Source: Pelomyxa schiedti (taxonomy: Eukaryota; Protista; Evosea). From it: a stretch of DNA of 58,077 nt. The position numbers were made by a program, and so were the translations under genes. The first letter of the stretch is position 1. Every line of letters begins with the position of its first letter. Where the stretch lies: NCBI GenBank assembly GCA_020536535.1, contig JAHLWZ010000242.1, positions 1-58,077 of the forward strand, written 5' to 3'. The notes below the pieces were generated by a model. The model was not told where the DNA came from, ran no database searches, and saw nothing but the letters and a program-made list of their open reading frames with translations. Positions 13,290-24,396 of the stretch are shown here, piece by piece.

Positions 13290-14335
13290 TACATGGCAAA
13301 GCGATATAACTTGTCCTCCTTGATAACGAACGAATAGATCCCTTGCAGCAATGTATTTCCAGCTATTCTCAGGTTCAACTAACAATACATTATCGTTTCC
13401 TTGACACAGTCCTTTCATGACAGGGAAGAAAAGAGGATCTGGGGCAACATGGGGGGCCATGTCTAGGTTGGTATCTGTGTCTGTTAGCTCATGATGGTAT
13501 GTTGGCTCTAATAGATCATTGTAATGTCCAAACTTGATTTCATTGGGGTGTGGGTAAAGCCAACTGCCCAGTTCATCCTCCCTGGACGACGTGCTTCAAA
13601 GTCAAATTCTTGCAGAGCTAATGGTCATCCAAGACTTGGTCTTGACTTTCCTGTGGTTGTCTGCAGGGCTAAGACTGATGTGGCATCTGTGAACAGACAT
13701 CAGATGTGTGATGTGTACAAAGTGTCCTCCCCATAAGGTTCGAATTTGGAGATTGCAAAGCATTTCTGCTCTGTGATATGGTATTTCAATTCAGCTCCTT
13801 TCATCTTCCTGCTAACGAAGGACATAGGTACATACTCTCCTGAGCTATCCTTCTGCATCAGAATTCCACTAATAGTATGTCCTGAAGAATCACTTAGAAC
13901 AGTAAACTCATGGTTCCAGTCTGGATAGTGTAGAAGGGGTGCTCTAGTCCGCAACAGATAGACCATTGCCAGGGTAGGTGTCAGACCTCCCAAAACCATA
14001 CTCATCAAACACTGAAACATAGAAGGAGTGTTAACTAAATCTTTGGCTCATTCAGTCAGTTCTACTTGCCAGTAGCCAGATTCAAGATCAATTCCAGTGT
14101 GCATCCACCAAGGGCTTCCAACATGTCATGTATTTGTGGCATAAGATAAGCTTCTTTCTTGGTAACGGAGTTCAGCTTACAATAGTCTATGCAGAATTGT
14201 ATACTACCATCAGGTTTTCGTTATAGAACGACTGGAGCAGCCCACACTGTATCCGTTCTGGTGCACTAGAAGGGTATGAGTTTGTGGTTTCTGCTCCATC
14301 TTACTATTCCCAGGGTTGATTCCTATCATCCCCAT
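13290..14335 (-). mobile_element. Ty3/Gypsy pol fragment (RT N-part, RNase H), same family as 49745-54050
   Basis: FCIDYCKLN, GIDLESGYWQ, APLLHYPDW..SDSSG..FVSRKM and DPLFFPVMKGLCQG, clearly homologous to 51430-52740. Confidence 0.92.
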
Positions 14336-14347
14336 GCAGTTTCCAAC

Positions 14348-14367
14348 AATTCTTCACGTGAAGAATT
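14348..14367. repeat. Perfect 20-bp palindrome AATTCTTCACGTGAAGAATT at the Gypsy fragment boundary
   Basis: Self-reverse-complementary, read directly. Confidence 0.9.
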
Positions 14368-15357
14368 CGTAATGGGCGTACAAAAAGGAGTTTCGGATTG
14401 GTACGCTGTGACAGCATTACATTTCACCAACTTTCTTTTTTAGGAGAACAATTCCAGTCCAGTTCCTGCGGAGGTAGGTGCTGCCCAGCGTACTGCTGTT
14501 CCAGGATGCAGTGATACAGGGGTGGTGTGTGAGGCAGCATAGGATGCCTGGCCCCACGTCCAATTGGCTGTGCTGTGGACCCTCATTGGCGTGTTCATCA
14601 GCAAAGTGCCACCCCAAAAAGGTTGTTTTGGAGACAGGTTTCGTTTTGGTAGTCTCGTGTTCCACACTACGGTGGATACAGCCACGCTTCTCATCTACAA
14701 CAAATGTTACACCGGTTCTCCCAAAAGGCTCAAACCAAGGCAACCACAGAGAGCTGTGCACTCAGAGAGTGATTTTTTGGAGAGTCCCAAATAGAGTGCC
14801 GCTGCCTAAAGGCTCATGAGCATGGTTACTTTTTATCAGAATGGCTTCACCAAGCACCCGCGATTTTTAATTACGCATCGGCTTATGATTCAAACGAAGG
14901 TGTGAAGAGCAACTGGAGTACGATGCACTACACCATGGCCGTGTTGCCTTATCGACGTAGACCACACGGAAAGATGGACACATTCCGTGCACGATGCCCA
15001 GCGTTTCTGTGCCACCAAAAAGGCAACAAGACCCAATAATGGTACTCCAGCATTCACCCAACAGAGTGGCACACCAACACAGGTGGCTGCATGGTAACCG
15101 CCACACCGGGGCCTGGGCTCCAACTGCCCCACCACTAACTTGGTGTAGGCCGATCTGTGACACAGGCAGATTTGCGCTGCCTAAAAACAAGGTTTCTGTG
15201 ACGGAACATGTAAGACACCGTGTCCAAAACAGAACCGTGGGCAGGAAACCCAGATATGGTACCTTGTTCGATTTTTTCCCCCTTCTCATGCACCTTCGAA
15301 ATTTCGAAAAACAAAGATCAAATAAAGAGAGCCACAACACCAGCACAAGCAACAAGA

Positions 15358-16864
15358 ATGTTCAAGACAATAGTCGGAGTTGCTGCGATTTTCCAGCATG
15401 GTTGTGTGAGTGCGAGCGCAGCAGCACCTGCCAGGATCTACTACGAAGGATTCGGGCCGCGCTTCAGTGCTGTTGACGGGTTCCAGGACGGATATATAGA
15501 CTACTTGCTGGTGCCCACCGCGGCGGTACCAGCACCCAAGGTGGGCGATCTCATCGGCGTCTCCGGCTGCCATAAAGCAAAAGTCGGGAGGTAATTTTTT
15601 TTTTTCCCCTTCATTTTATTTGCCTATTGTTGTATTTGTGGTGTTTAGTAGTAGTTTGTTGAGTTTTTTTAGTTTGTAGTACTAGGTTGAGTTTCGTAAG
15701 TAGTTTTGTCGTAGTTTGTTGAGGTTTTTCAAGTTTGTAGTAGAGTTTTGTTCATTCTGTTGGGTTTGTAGGGTTTTTTTTTCCCTTTTTTTCTTTTTTC
15801 CCCTCGTGAGATATCTTGTACTTGGTTTGTCTATAACTAATGTCGGTCTCACACAAAAAACTTAGGTGGTTTAAAAAAGTCTACTCAATCACTGCTTATG
15901 AAATACTTCCAGAGGGAGGTGAGCTCCCTCTGAGGGCTAGAAGCGCACTTATCACTAGACCATTGATCGAAGTCGTCCCGAAAGAGCCTCGGGAAAAGAG
16001 GCCCAGGGCTGCAGATCGTTACCCAAGCGAAGGAATCGCTGAAGCTATCATTGATACTCCACAGAACTTCTGCTTATCCACCTCAGCCACAGCAGCTGCT
16101 TCAAACACCACTTCGGCCTCGAACCGTGAAGATTCTCAGTGTCATGGGGAAGAAGAGACTTTGCGGGAAGAGGAGGAAACTACACCACAGGATCAGCTAG
16201 CAGTCATATCGCCCGTGATTTCCCGTGACGGTACGCCCAGCGTTACTTTCTCAGAAACTGTTTTTGGCGACCTGTACCACCTTGAGCAAGAAATACCCTT
16301 CTCCTTTATGGATGGGCAGAGCCTAGAGGAAATCAACAACAGGGCATACACGAATGGGATCGGGGTGATAGTAGGTGTGGTTTTTCCCCCTGTTTGCTAC
16401 TATAGCTGACTATTACTGCAGATGCCATTGTTAGCATCTACGAACACGTTACAGGCAATGTGTACCTGGCGGCATTCCTTGGCAGGACGCCAATTCGTAA
16501 GAACATTTTCCTCAATGGGAATCTGTTGAAGCACCTGCTGTCTGGTGAGAGAACTGAGCCCCGCACCAGTCTAAAGGTTGGAGAACTGCTCCTCTTGAAG
16601 GGGGCACAACTCGGTCCGAAAACCGAGTTTGGAAAGGGCAAGGAAGCCGGTACGTTGCCCATCATTCATTCTTTGCCAGTAATAACACACTAAAACACAC
16701 TTGCAGACATCTTTATGTCACTGCCAGAAACTGGATGGTTGTGGACATTCTCCGAAAACTCGGCAAGTTGGCCGCTTAAGTACGTTGAGGAGACAAAAGC
16801 ACTCAAGCAGTGGGTGTTCAATACAAAGGAACAAGAACGCCGCAAAATGAAGAATTCCTCATGA
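15358..16864 (+). CDS. Multi-OB-fold (POT1/TEBP-alpha-like) protein, paralog A; splicing of the middle part uncertain
   Basis: Exon 1 YYEGFGPRFSAVDGFQDGYIDYLL..PKVGDLIGVSGCHKAKV. Later exons DAIVSIYEHVTGNVYLAAFLG, SLKVGELLLLKGAQLG and DIFMSLPETG..WPLKYVEETKALKQWV all align with the gene at 35646-37903. Confidence 0.7.
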
Positions 16865-18271
16865 AACCAATTAAACCAAACCCCAAAAAAAACAACGCCA
16901 AACGAATGAAGAGCGAAGAGAGAAACTTCTTTTTGTTTTGTTGCACTACCATCCCCCAACCAAACAGCTTGGATTTATTGTTGGCTTAGTTCTTTGCTGG
17001 AACAGAATGGTAGGTTTGTTTTTAAGTCTTTGGTGGCTCTGGGCTTTGGTGGTTCTTGACACCAGGTTGGTTGTGGGTTGGGTTCTGTTGTGGTTCGTAG
17101 GTGTTGTGACTGTTTGTGGCTTGTAAGTGATACTTGTTGTCATGTGAAACTTCTTGGCCTTAGTCATAGTGGGCTAGCCCTGTTGGTGGCTGGATTTCTT
17201 GGGGTTCGCGAGCGAAGGGGAACGGGAGCTTGGAGGTGTAGCCGTGGTGCTTCGGGTGGTACCGAGGTGCGGTCTTCGGTCTTTAGACTGGATCCACTCT
17301 TCACCAAAAAAGACGTGAGTGGTGAGTAGCAACCTTCGATAGTCCGCGAGGAATAGTGGAACGCACGCACACACCCCGTATGATTTGGGCCGGAGCTAGC
17401 CCGCCAGCTCGAAACGCAAGACAAGGTGGTAGGGGTCGGCAGCCTGGCCGCACATCACATCCAACTCTCCCCGCCAACAACAAAGCAGAGTCCGGAACAG
17501 TATCGCACGTGCCGCGGAAGATCTGGGTGATGAAACCGTGCCCCGGGCCCAGTCCACCACACCAACCACGAGGAGCGGAGGCCGACAAAACGAACAACAA
17601 CAACACCACCCCAGATGCAAACACGTGTCGTAGATCCTCTTCCCAGTGACACACCCGTTGTACAACCCCGAGTTGTTATTTAATATAAAATATTATTTTG
17701 GCGTGGAGTCCTTGGTTTCGAAACCGGCGCAGGGCATTAGTGCCTCGTCGATCCTGCGTGTTTTTCTTGCTGTAAGTGTGGAGCGCAACACCCGTTCTTT
17801 CGCCCCACGCAGCAGATCTCCTCAGTCTCCATGTGCCCCGCGAAATTCTAAGAACGGAAAGTACCATGTCAATTGCAGAAAGCAGACTCTATTCATATCC
17901 AAAATCAAACCAGCCAAGGAGACGGCCCTCGGGCGCGGACATACATGTGGGACTGTGGGAAAGACTCTCCCCTTCCGACCGAGGAGCTAGATGTGTTGGC
18001 CACAAAGCCCCGCGACACGGTGCGGTGTTTTTTTTTTTATTTGTAGAAATAATCAAGCAAAAAGACGCAATCACGCAAAACACGGCGCGTTTTGAACGTG
18101 TGTTTATTGGAGGATAACATTTTTTTTTCCCCCTTTTTTGCAGCAAAGCAACCGCAAACGGCCTCGCAACAATTGTAGCAATATCGTGAGTATATTCGGG
18201 CCAACAAGCCCGCGTTTTTTTTTTTTTTGATCATAACTTCACTGATATCTCGGTAGGATGGTGGATTAGAC

Positions 18272-19830
18272 ATGAATCCACCCCCTTCTTCAAGGGAGCC
18301 AGGGCGTCGCAGGAGAGCAACAGCGCATCGTGCTTTACCAAGAACAGGAGCCAACACTGCGATGAAGGTTGGATCTCTTTCTTTTGTTGTTCATTTGCAT
18401 GCCCCAAATACTCCTAACTCGTCCTCTCTAGATAAAACCATGGGCGAAACTATCCCTTTTTCAAACGGGGAATAGGGAATGGCTCGTTAAAGGTGAAGAA
18501 CTATCTTCTTCTTTTGATTCTCTCTGAGTTTCACCCATTTAGAAGTTCGAGCCACCTTTGGCTCCGACCCTTCATGCTCCCTGCTATGGAACGACGATGT
18601 GTCCAGGACTGCTGGTGTAAAGCCTGTGCATTTCACGTTGGAGATGCGCAGCGCCTCTGGGGGACCCTGGGACGAACCAGGGAACAAAAAGAAGTTTTGC
18701 AGACCTTTATTAATGTAGGTTCTCTTTATCTTTCCAGGGGTGACTTACTGTATCCCATCCCAACAACTTGCAGATGCCACGACCGTGTAGAGATTGGTTC
18801 TGGTTCTGTGCCAACAAGAGTCACATCAGCTGGACAATCTACCCTATTGCCAGGAAGATCAATGAAATCAGGAGCTCCTGTGGAACCCCTGGTTACCAAG
18901 GCCAGTCTTGGGAATCTCTTTTTTTTCTGATAATTCCTAACCATTCTTCTTCAGCACCTGAAATGTTGGAGCAAGTGGGTGATAAGCCCCGGACAGCTCT
19001 GGCCGACATGTGGTCGACTGGTGCTGTCTTGTACTATTGGTGAGTATTTTCCTTTGCACATTTATCCCTTCTCACACAATGTAAAACAGCTTTGAAGCAG
19101 AACCACCCTTTAAAAATCTGCAAGAAATGAAAGAGGGCAAGCTGCAGTTCAAGTCACAATCCTGGAACAACGTGAGCGCCAAAGGTTCGTTTCGCTCAGA
19201 CCTTCAAAGTAAAAATTAATTATGCCCTAGCAAAGCAGCTGATAGCGAAACTACTCTCCTGCGATCTCAGCGAGAGGCCCAACTGTGAACAGGCCTTGCA
19301 GCATGCATGGTTTACCTCTCCAGAGGAACCTGTTTACCCCCCCTGCTTGTACGAACCTTGACCCTACCGTTTCCCAGGGCGTGGCCAACAGTGGTGCAAG
19401 TACTGTAAACACAACTTCCGCGTCAAACGTGGCAGAACCATGTGACAATCTGCCTTCAGCACCGCGGGGAATGATGTCTCCACAAATTTTGATTCCCACC
19501 CACGAACAGCACCAGGACCCCAGGGCGGCACCCGCACCCCTCCTCCGATCTCCCGCCTCGCTCGCAGCCTCACCCCCCCCACCGTTGATGCCGCCGACCC
19601 ACCCTCCTCACTCTCAGGCCCAGTCTCAGTCCCACTACCGCTACCAGTACCAGTACCAAGACCAATACCTATACCAATACCAGTCCCAGCCTTCACAGTT
19701 GCCGTTTGACTTCCCCTGTGGTGCTGTTCCCTCCCCATTCTCGGCCTCCTCAGCATCGTCGGCCTTCTTCTCCTCGTCCCCATCATCGACAGGAAAATCC
19801 CCCGAGACTGACGGGGTTGATGAAATCTGA
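18272..19830 (+). pseudogene. FHA-like + CAMK kinase paralog with kinase subdomains I-VII deleted
   Basis: FHA-like exons (WAKLS..EVRATFGSDPSC..VHFTLEMRS..CHDRVEIG) match the kinase at 38019. The exon then jumps out of frame to ARKINEIRSSCGTPGY / APEM / ADMWSTGAVLY / PFKNLQEMKEGKLQF / LIAKLL..RP..ALQHAWF. No GxGxxG, VAIK, HRD or DFG. Confidence 0.8.
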
Positions 19831-19920
19831 AGAATACCATGACTCAGACTTCAAACCAACCAACTTAGGCATACACTACCCACTGTACAAATCACAGCAA
19901 ATCCACAACAAAACACGTGC

Positions 19921-20051
19921 AGCTGACAGTGATTCCAAAGACGAGCAGGGGTGGGGGTAACAGGGGTGGTGCAACTTTTTCATTGAAGCTCCTGGGCACC
20001 ACCACCCCTGTTGCCCCCACCTCCTGCTCGTCTTTGGAATCACTGTCGGCT
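19921..20051. repeat. Inverted repeat / hairpin, ~52-bp arms with ~24-nt loop
   Basis: AGCTGACAGTGATTCCAAAGACGAGCAGG-GGTGGGGGTAACAGGGGTGGTGC pairs with the reverse complement of 19997-20051, with a few mismatches. Confidence 0.95.
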
Positions 20052-20205
20052 TCCTTGACCTGTTGAAGTGCAGAAATGGTCCTGGTTCTTTGTATCTGTG
20101 ACGGGAAATTCTGAAATGTCTGGACCACATCCAGCCTCTGAGGAGCATCACATGGCAAGACCCCAAAAAATAAAAAGTCCCAAACTTAAACACAATTTGC
20201 CTCAC

Positions 20206-21881
20206 TCAATGATTTTCCAACCCTCTGGTGGGATTATAATAATTCTGGTGTTTCTGATTGCTGTTTTGATGGTTTTTTTTGGCTTTACATCCAGAAGCTA
20301 GTGATCTGGTCACAAAGTACTGCGAAAAAACCACGCAGTCATGGGCATGGTGTGTGGGTTCATCATTGTGCCTTCTCCTTGTACTTTTGTTTGATGAGGG
20401 CATGTTGCTGTCTCCCTTCAACTCTGGCAAGGATTTCATCAATGGGATCCACCATTTGCTCCACTAACGTGCAGGCAGTAATGGCGGCAATTGTGGCAGT
20501 GAATACATCAATGCCGCGGTGCACACGGAAAGAAACCACAAGTAACATGACCGGTACAACAGCAATGCATTCAAAGAGTGCCAGCCACCAATAATCCATC
20601 ATTGCAAATTGAATGGCTGCAACTACGAGGGACCCCACATGACCAGAGAAGAAGAAGTCATTTGTAGGGTGATAGTCAACAAAGAGAGTTGGTACATTGA
20701 AGCCAAACATCTGCCCTGCTTGGTTGTTAATGAAAGTAGGTAATAGGTTAATTCTTATTCCCAAAATTCCACTACTAGATACATATGAAAGGTGAGATTT
20801 AGCAATTACCTCGCGGCCACATAAAGTCAGCCGGACAAGGGAAAGTAGCCAAAAGTTGAGCCACAAAACGCAGCAGCATCAGAACAAATACACTCAGAAA
20901 CGGCCTGACAGTGCTTCTACAAAGTGCACCAATCACAAACAATGACAGGAACGTTGCATCAATGACGGCACTTGACACAGCCTGCGCCGCGGAGGCAACC
21001 GGTGGGTGGCTGTGCAAATACGCATTTATGGGAGCTGTGAGCGCGACCAATTTGTCATTAATGGCATCAGTCAAAAGTTCACTCCTCACTCTCAGAACTT
21101 CATCCGGGAGTGTCGGGCACGAGCCCTTTGAGTCCAAGGCCAACTGAAACACCACAATGAGCAATCCAAGAAGGGCCAAGAAGCAGATTCGTTTCGCTCT
21201 AGAAGCGGGAGCGCGAAGCAGCGTGATTCTAGAAGTAGCCACGACGCGGTACAGTTGCACGCGGTCGACGGCGTGGACGCGTATCTCGAATTTCCCGGCG
21301 TGCGGCGGCAACTTCTCACTGGGGAAAGTCACCTCCACAGTCTCAAAGTCCTGCACAGGTGCCGCAGCAGCAGCAGCAGCCGGCGTAGCGTGATTATTAT
21401 GGGACTTTGACTTCTTCTTCTTTGGCACTTGCGGCATCACAGGTGCAGGAGCCGTCGAAGAGGAGTCCTCGTTCGTGGCGCCAGCGAGATATCGAGGCCT
21501 GGGGACGTAGAGCCAGCGGCCCTGGGAGACTCCCGGGACGCTGGGGACCCCCACGGGGTAGATGCCGACCCAGTCGCGGTAGGCCCCGCGGGACGTCGGG
21601 GCCACCAGGGAGACGGTCACGGGCTGGCCCACGACGACCTCGGCGGGGTGCGCGGCGACGCGGTAGCTGGCCCACGACCCTGGGGGCCGGGACTGGGCGC
21701 CCCGCAGGATCCGCTTCTTGATGCCCGAGGCCTGCTGCGCGATGTAGGTCTTGCCCTTTTGGAGCGACATGGGCTTGTTGCTGCTGTTGGTCTTGTTGGC
21801 GGCGTTCTTGTTGTGCTTCTTATGATGGGATGCCGATTTAACCGTTGGTTTCCGCACAGGTTTCTTGGCCTTGGTCTTCAT
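20206..21881 (-). CDS. Lys-rich N-terminus + SKICH-like domain fused to a sphingomyelin-synthase/PAP2_C-like multi-TM phosphotransferase
   Basis: RDWVGIYPVG..WLYVP..VTFPSEKLP..GKFEIRV..VVATS (SKICH-like), then TM helices with NDFFFSGH and RVHRGIDV (SMS-type catalytic His/Asp motifs). Two predicted introns; the 3' end is inferred from splicing. Confidence 0.8.
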
Positions 21882-22192
21882 CGTTGGAGGGAGGTATTGG
21901 TCAGGCCTTTGGTTGTTATTTGTTTGGTGTTTGTGGGTCACCCATGATGTGGAGAATGGCCCTTATAAAGAGCCTGAGGTAAAAACAACAACCAACAGGA
22001 AATCGGCAGAAATAGGAGAAGTCAGACATGGAATTAAAAACCAACGAGAGATTTCCCACTTCACAAAGGCGAAGGGTTGAAAAACTCGAAAACGTGAAAG
22101 TGGCAGGGGAGTAATGCGCAGAACGAAGAAAGTGTCTGATGTGTTGAAGATCTTAACACTTGTGGCATTTTTGGGAGATCGGGAGATCCAGA
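21882..22192. promoter_or_regulatory. Putative ~310-bp bidirectional promoter
   Basis: Lies between divergent ATGs at 21881 (-) and 22193 (+), and is conserved in the copy at ~57520-57835. Confidence 0.5.
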
Positions 22193-24300
22193 ATGACGAA
22201 TGCGGATGGGAACGGTAGTGACACGACGACTCCAGAGGCAGTGGTTAGTATCTCAGCATCCTGTGAAGAAAAAGGTCGTTCATTTATTGTGTGTCACTTG
22301 GGTGGTTTTTTTACCGTGTTGTAGAGCGCCCGTATGTTGCAAATCAGAGACTTACGGAGGAGCAGAACAAAGAACGCGGAAATGAAGATGACTGCGTTCG
22401 CGGCGGATCTTGTGAACAGAAAAGCCACATATCAATTCTAGATCAGCGGGCACTTAAGACCAAAGAACATATTAAGATCGGTTGCCTACTGATAGTAGCT
22501 GTTTTGGCAACAGGTAATTCTGCATAGTACCTCACTTGAGTGTTGTAAGATTTGGTATTAGGATTCTGCCTTGTTTACCTGAAATTTGTGCTCGTTCCAC
22601 TCGTTCTAGCAAAATTCCTGCAGGTATTTGAGTTAATGTCTATTTACACTTAACGCAAATAGTACATGTTAGAGCCACTAGTTTCTTTCTTGCACAAAGG
22701 AATACGGCCCTGCAAGCAAATAGAATTACAATCTACATCACAATGGGAGGCCCCTGTTAATTGTAGGTGCAAGCAAACGACGCAGTATAATTGCAAGAAA
22801 AACTGCAAACAGGTTAGGCTTGGGCATATGCACATCTAACATAAGCCTGGGACAGTTTTGGTTCTATTGCAGGTTGCCTTATTCCCTTGCTGTAACAGTT
22901 TCACTGTTATTGGTATGCATGTAAATTACTTAGATTCATGCACTGTTTTCTTTGTATATTATAGGCCCTGGGACTTGTGATTCTCGTAGGGTTTTTAGTT
23001 GTTTACTCCTTCAGTGAAGTCATCCATGTAAATAGATACTTGTACCCTCAAAAATAAGTACAATAACTTGCACAAGGAAAAGGAGAAATACAAAGAAAGG
23101 GGAGAGGAATTGCTATCAGAAATAACTGTTTTCCTTTGCTCTCATGGATTTAACGTGACTGAAGCTAGTATTATACAAACTGTTGGTTGAAACATTCCCA
23201 TTCTATTGTTTACTGCTTCAGATAAAAGATAATGTGCCTTTCCCAACAGTCGTTGTTTCCGTTGCAGATTTACTCTATAAAACAATTTCAGATGTTGTCT
23301 TGATGCTTCTTTTTCTGGTACTGCCGAATACTTTTACAACTCTCACACTTGACAGGTGTACATGCTGTATGAAAGGTCTTCCATACCGATTGGTAAAAAG
23401 AACGAAAGAAACAAGTTGCAACTCGTTTTTTCTGCCCCAATTCATTGTATCTAAGAAAGATGAGACAGCAGATGAATAGTCAGATTCAACAATACATAAT
23501 CGCAATGGTAACAAAAAATCCCACTCCATGGCTCACTAATAGCTTTAGGCGTTCATATCTTTTTGTGTTGCTTTATTGTGCGGCCTAGTGCTTTGCTTGT
23601 TGCGCGTTGATCTATCTCTTGTGGTGGCTTTCCTAACGTATTGATGTCAGATTAATCCTACCCTGTTTTGAATTTACTTAGGTTCCTGTTAAATTTCAGT
23701 ATACTCCCCCACTCCTGTGAAATATTAATCTTCACAAGTTCCCAATTTTGGTCCAATCATTGCATGGATTCTACCCGTATTTCAGTTTCATAAATTCCAA
23801 TAATAATCTCCTGGCAGATACCTATTGTTCTGTTGGATCCCACCAAGTCCTGGCTGGCTATTTCATTAGTTATTCTGGTTCCTGGCTCTATTCGTATGCC
23901 ACTGAACTTCAGGAAGCGGTTTACTCCGAAAAATAGATATGATTATCGGCAATTTTGTTGCCCCTAAAGTGCTGGGAAAAGCCGTGGACCTTCATCCCGT
24001 AACCTGATTGAGAGTTATTCCTTGGCCATTCACCCTTTCTCCTCAGGTAACCGTGCTGCTAGCCCTTGTATTCTGGGCAGGTAAATCCTCCCAACGACTG
24101 TTTTGCCAACTCACCCAAACAAAGTCGTGTGGGGAGCAGTCGGCGCAATACTGTCTGTTCCGTTGATGGCTATCCTGAAAGTGTGGTGCGACCACGTACA
24201 GCACCCTCTCTTCCAAAACGTCGGGAGCCTACTCGGTAACAACAACAACAGTGCCGCTCCCGAAACGCCTCCCCCACCCACACAACATTCCGACCCCTGA
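22193..24300 (+). CDS. AI-2E family (UPF0118/PerM/TqsA-like) transporter, many small exons
   Basis: MTNADG..|ERPYV..LIVAVLAT, YLKFVLVPLVLAKFLQ|YMLEPLVSFL, LPYSLAVTVSLL, IPNFGPIIAWILP, IGNFVAPKVLGKAVDLHP|VTVLLALVFW|VWGAVGAILSVPLMAILK. This matches the AI-2E C-terminal signature. Confidence 0.88.
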
Positions 24301-24396
24301 GCGTACACCTCTCGTCCCATCACAAAAGGCTGAACCAAAAAGAAAAACCACCATCACTTCGCAGAAACACACCACTACGGGCGTTTGTGTGTTTCA

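Noticed and set aside
14417-15350. Cluster of overlapping ORFs upstream of OB paralog A
   Set aside because: No coherent frame, splice pattern or motif could be identified.
17164-17990. Possible spliced gene head-to-head with the kinase relic
   Set aside because: I could not build a stop-free splice model or find a recognisable domain.
21397-21947. Overlapping alternative-frame and antisense ORFs in GC-rich exons (also 33441-34168, 37478-37987, 24375-25136)
   Set aside because: Shadow ORFs caused by GC3 bias and few stop codons; no domain signal.
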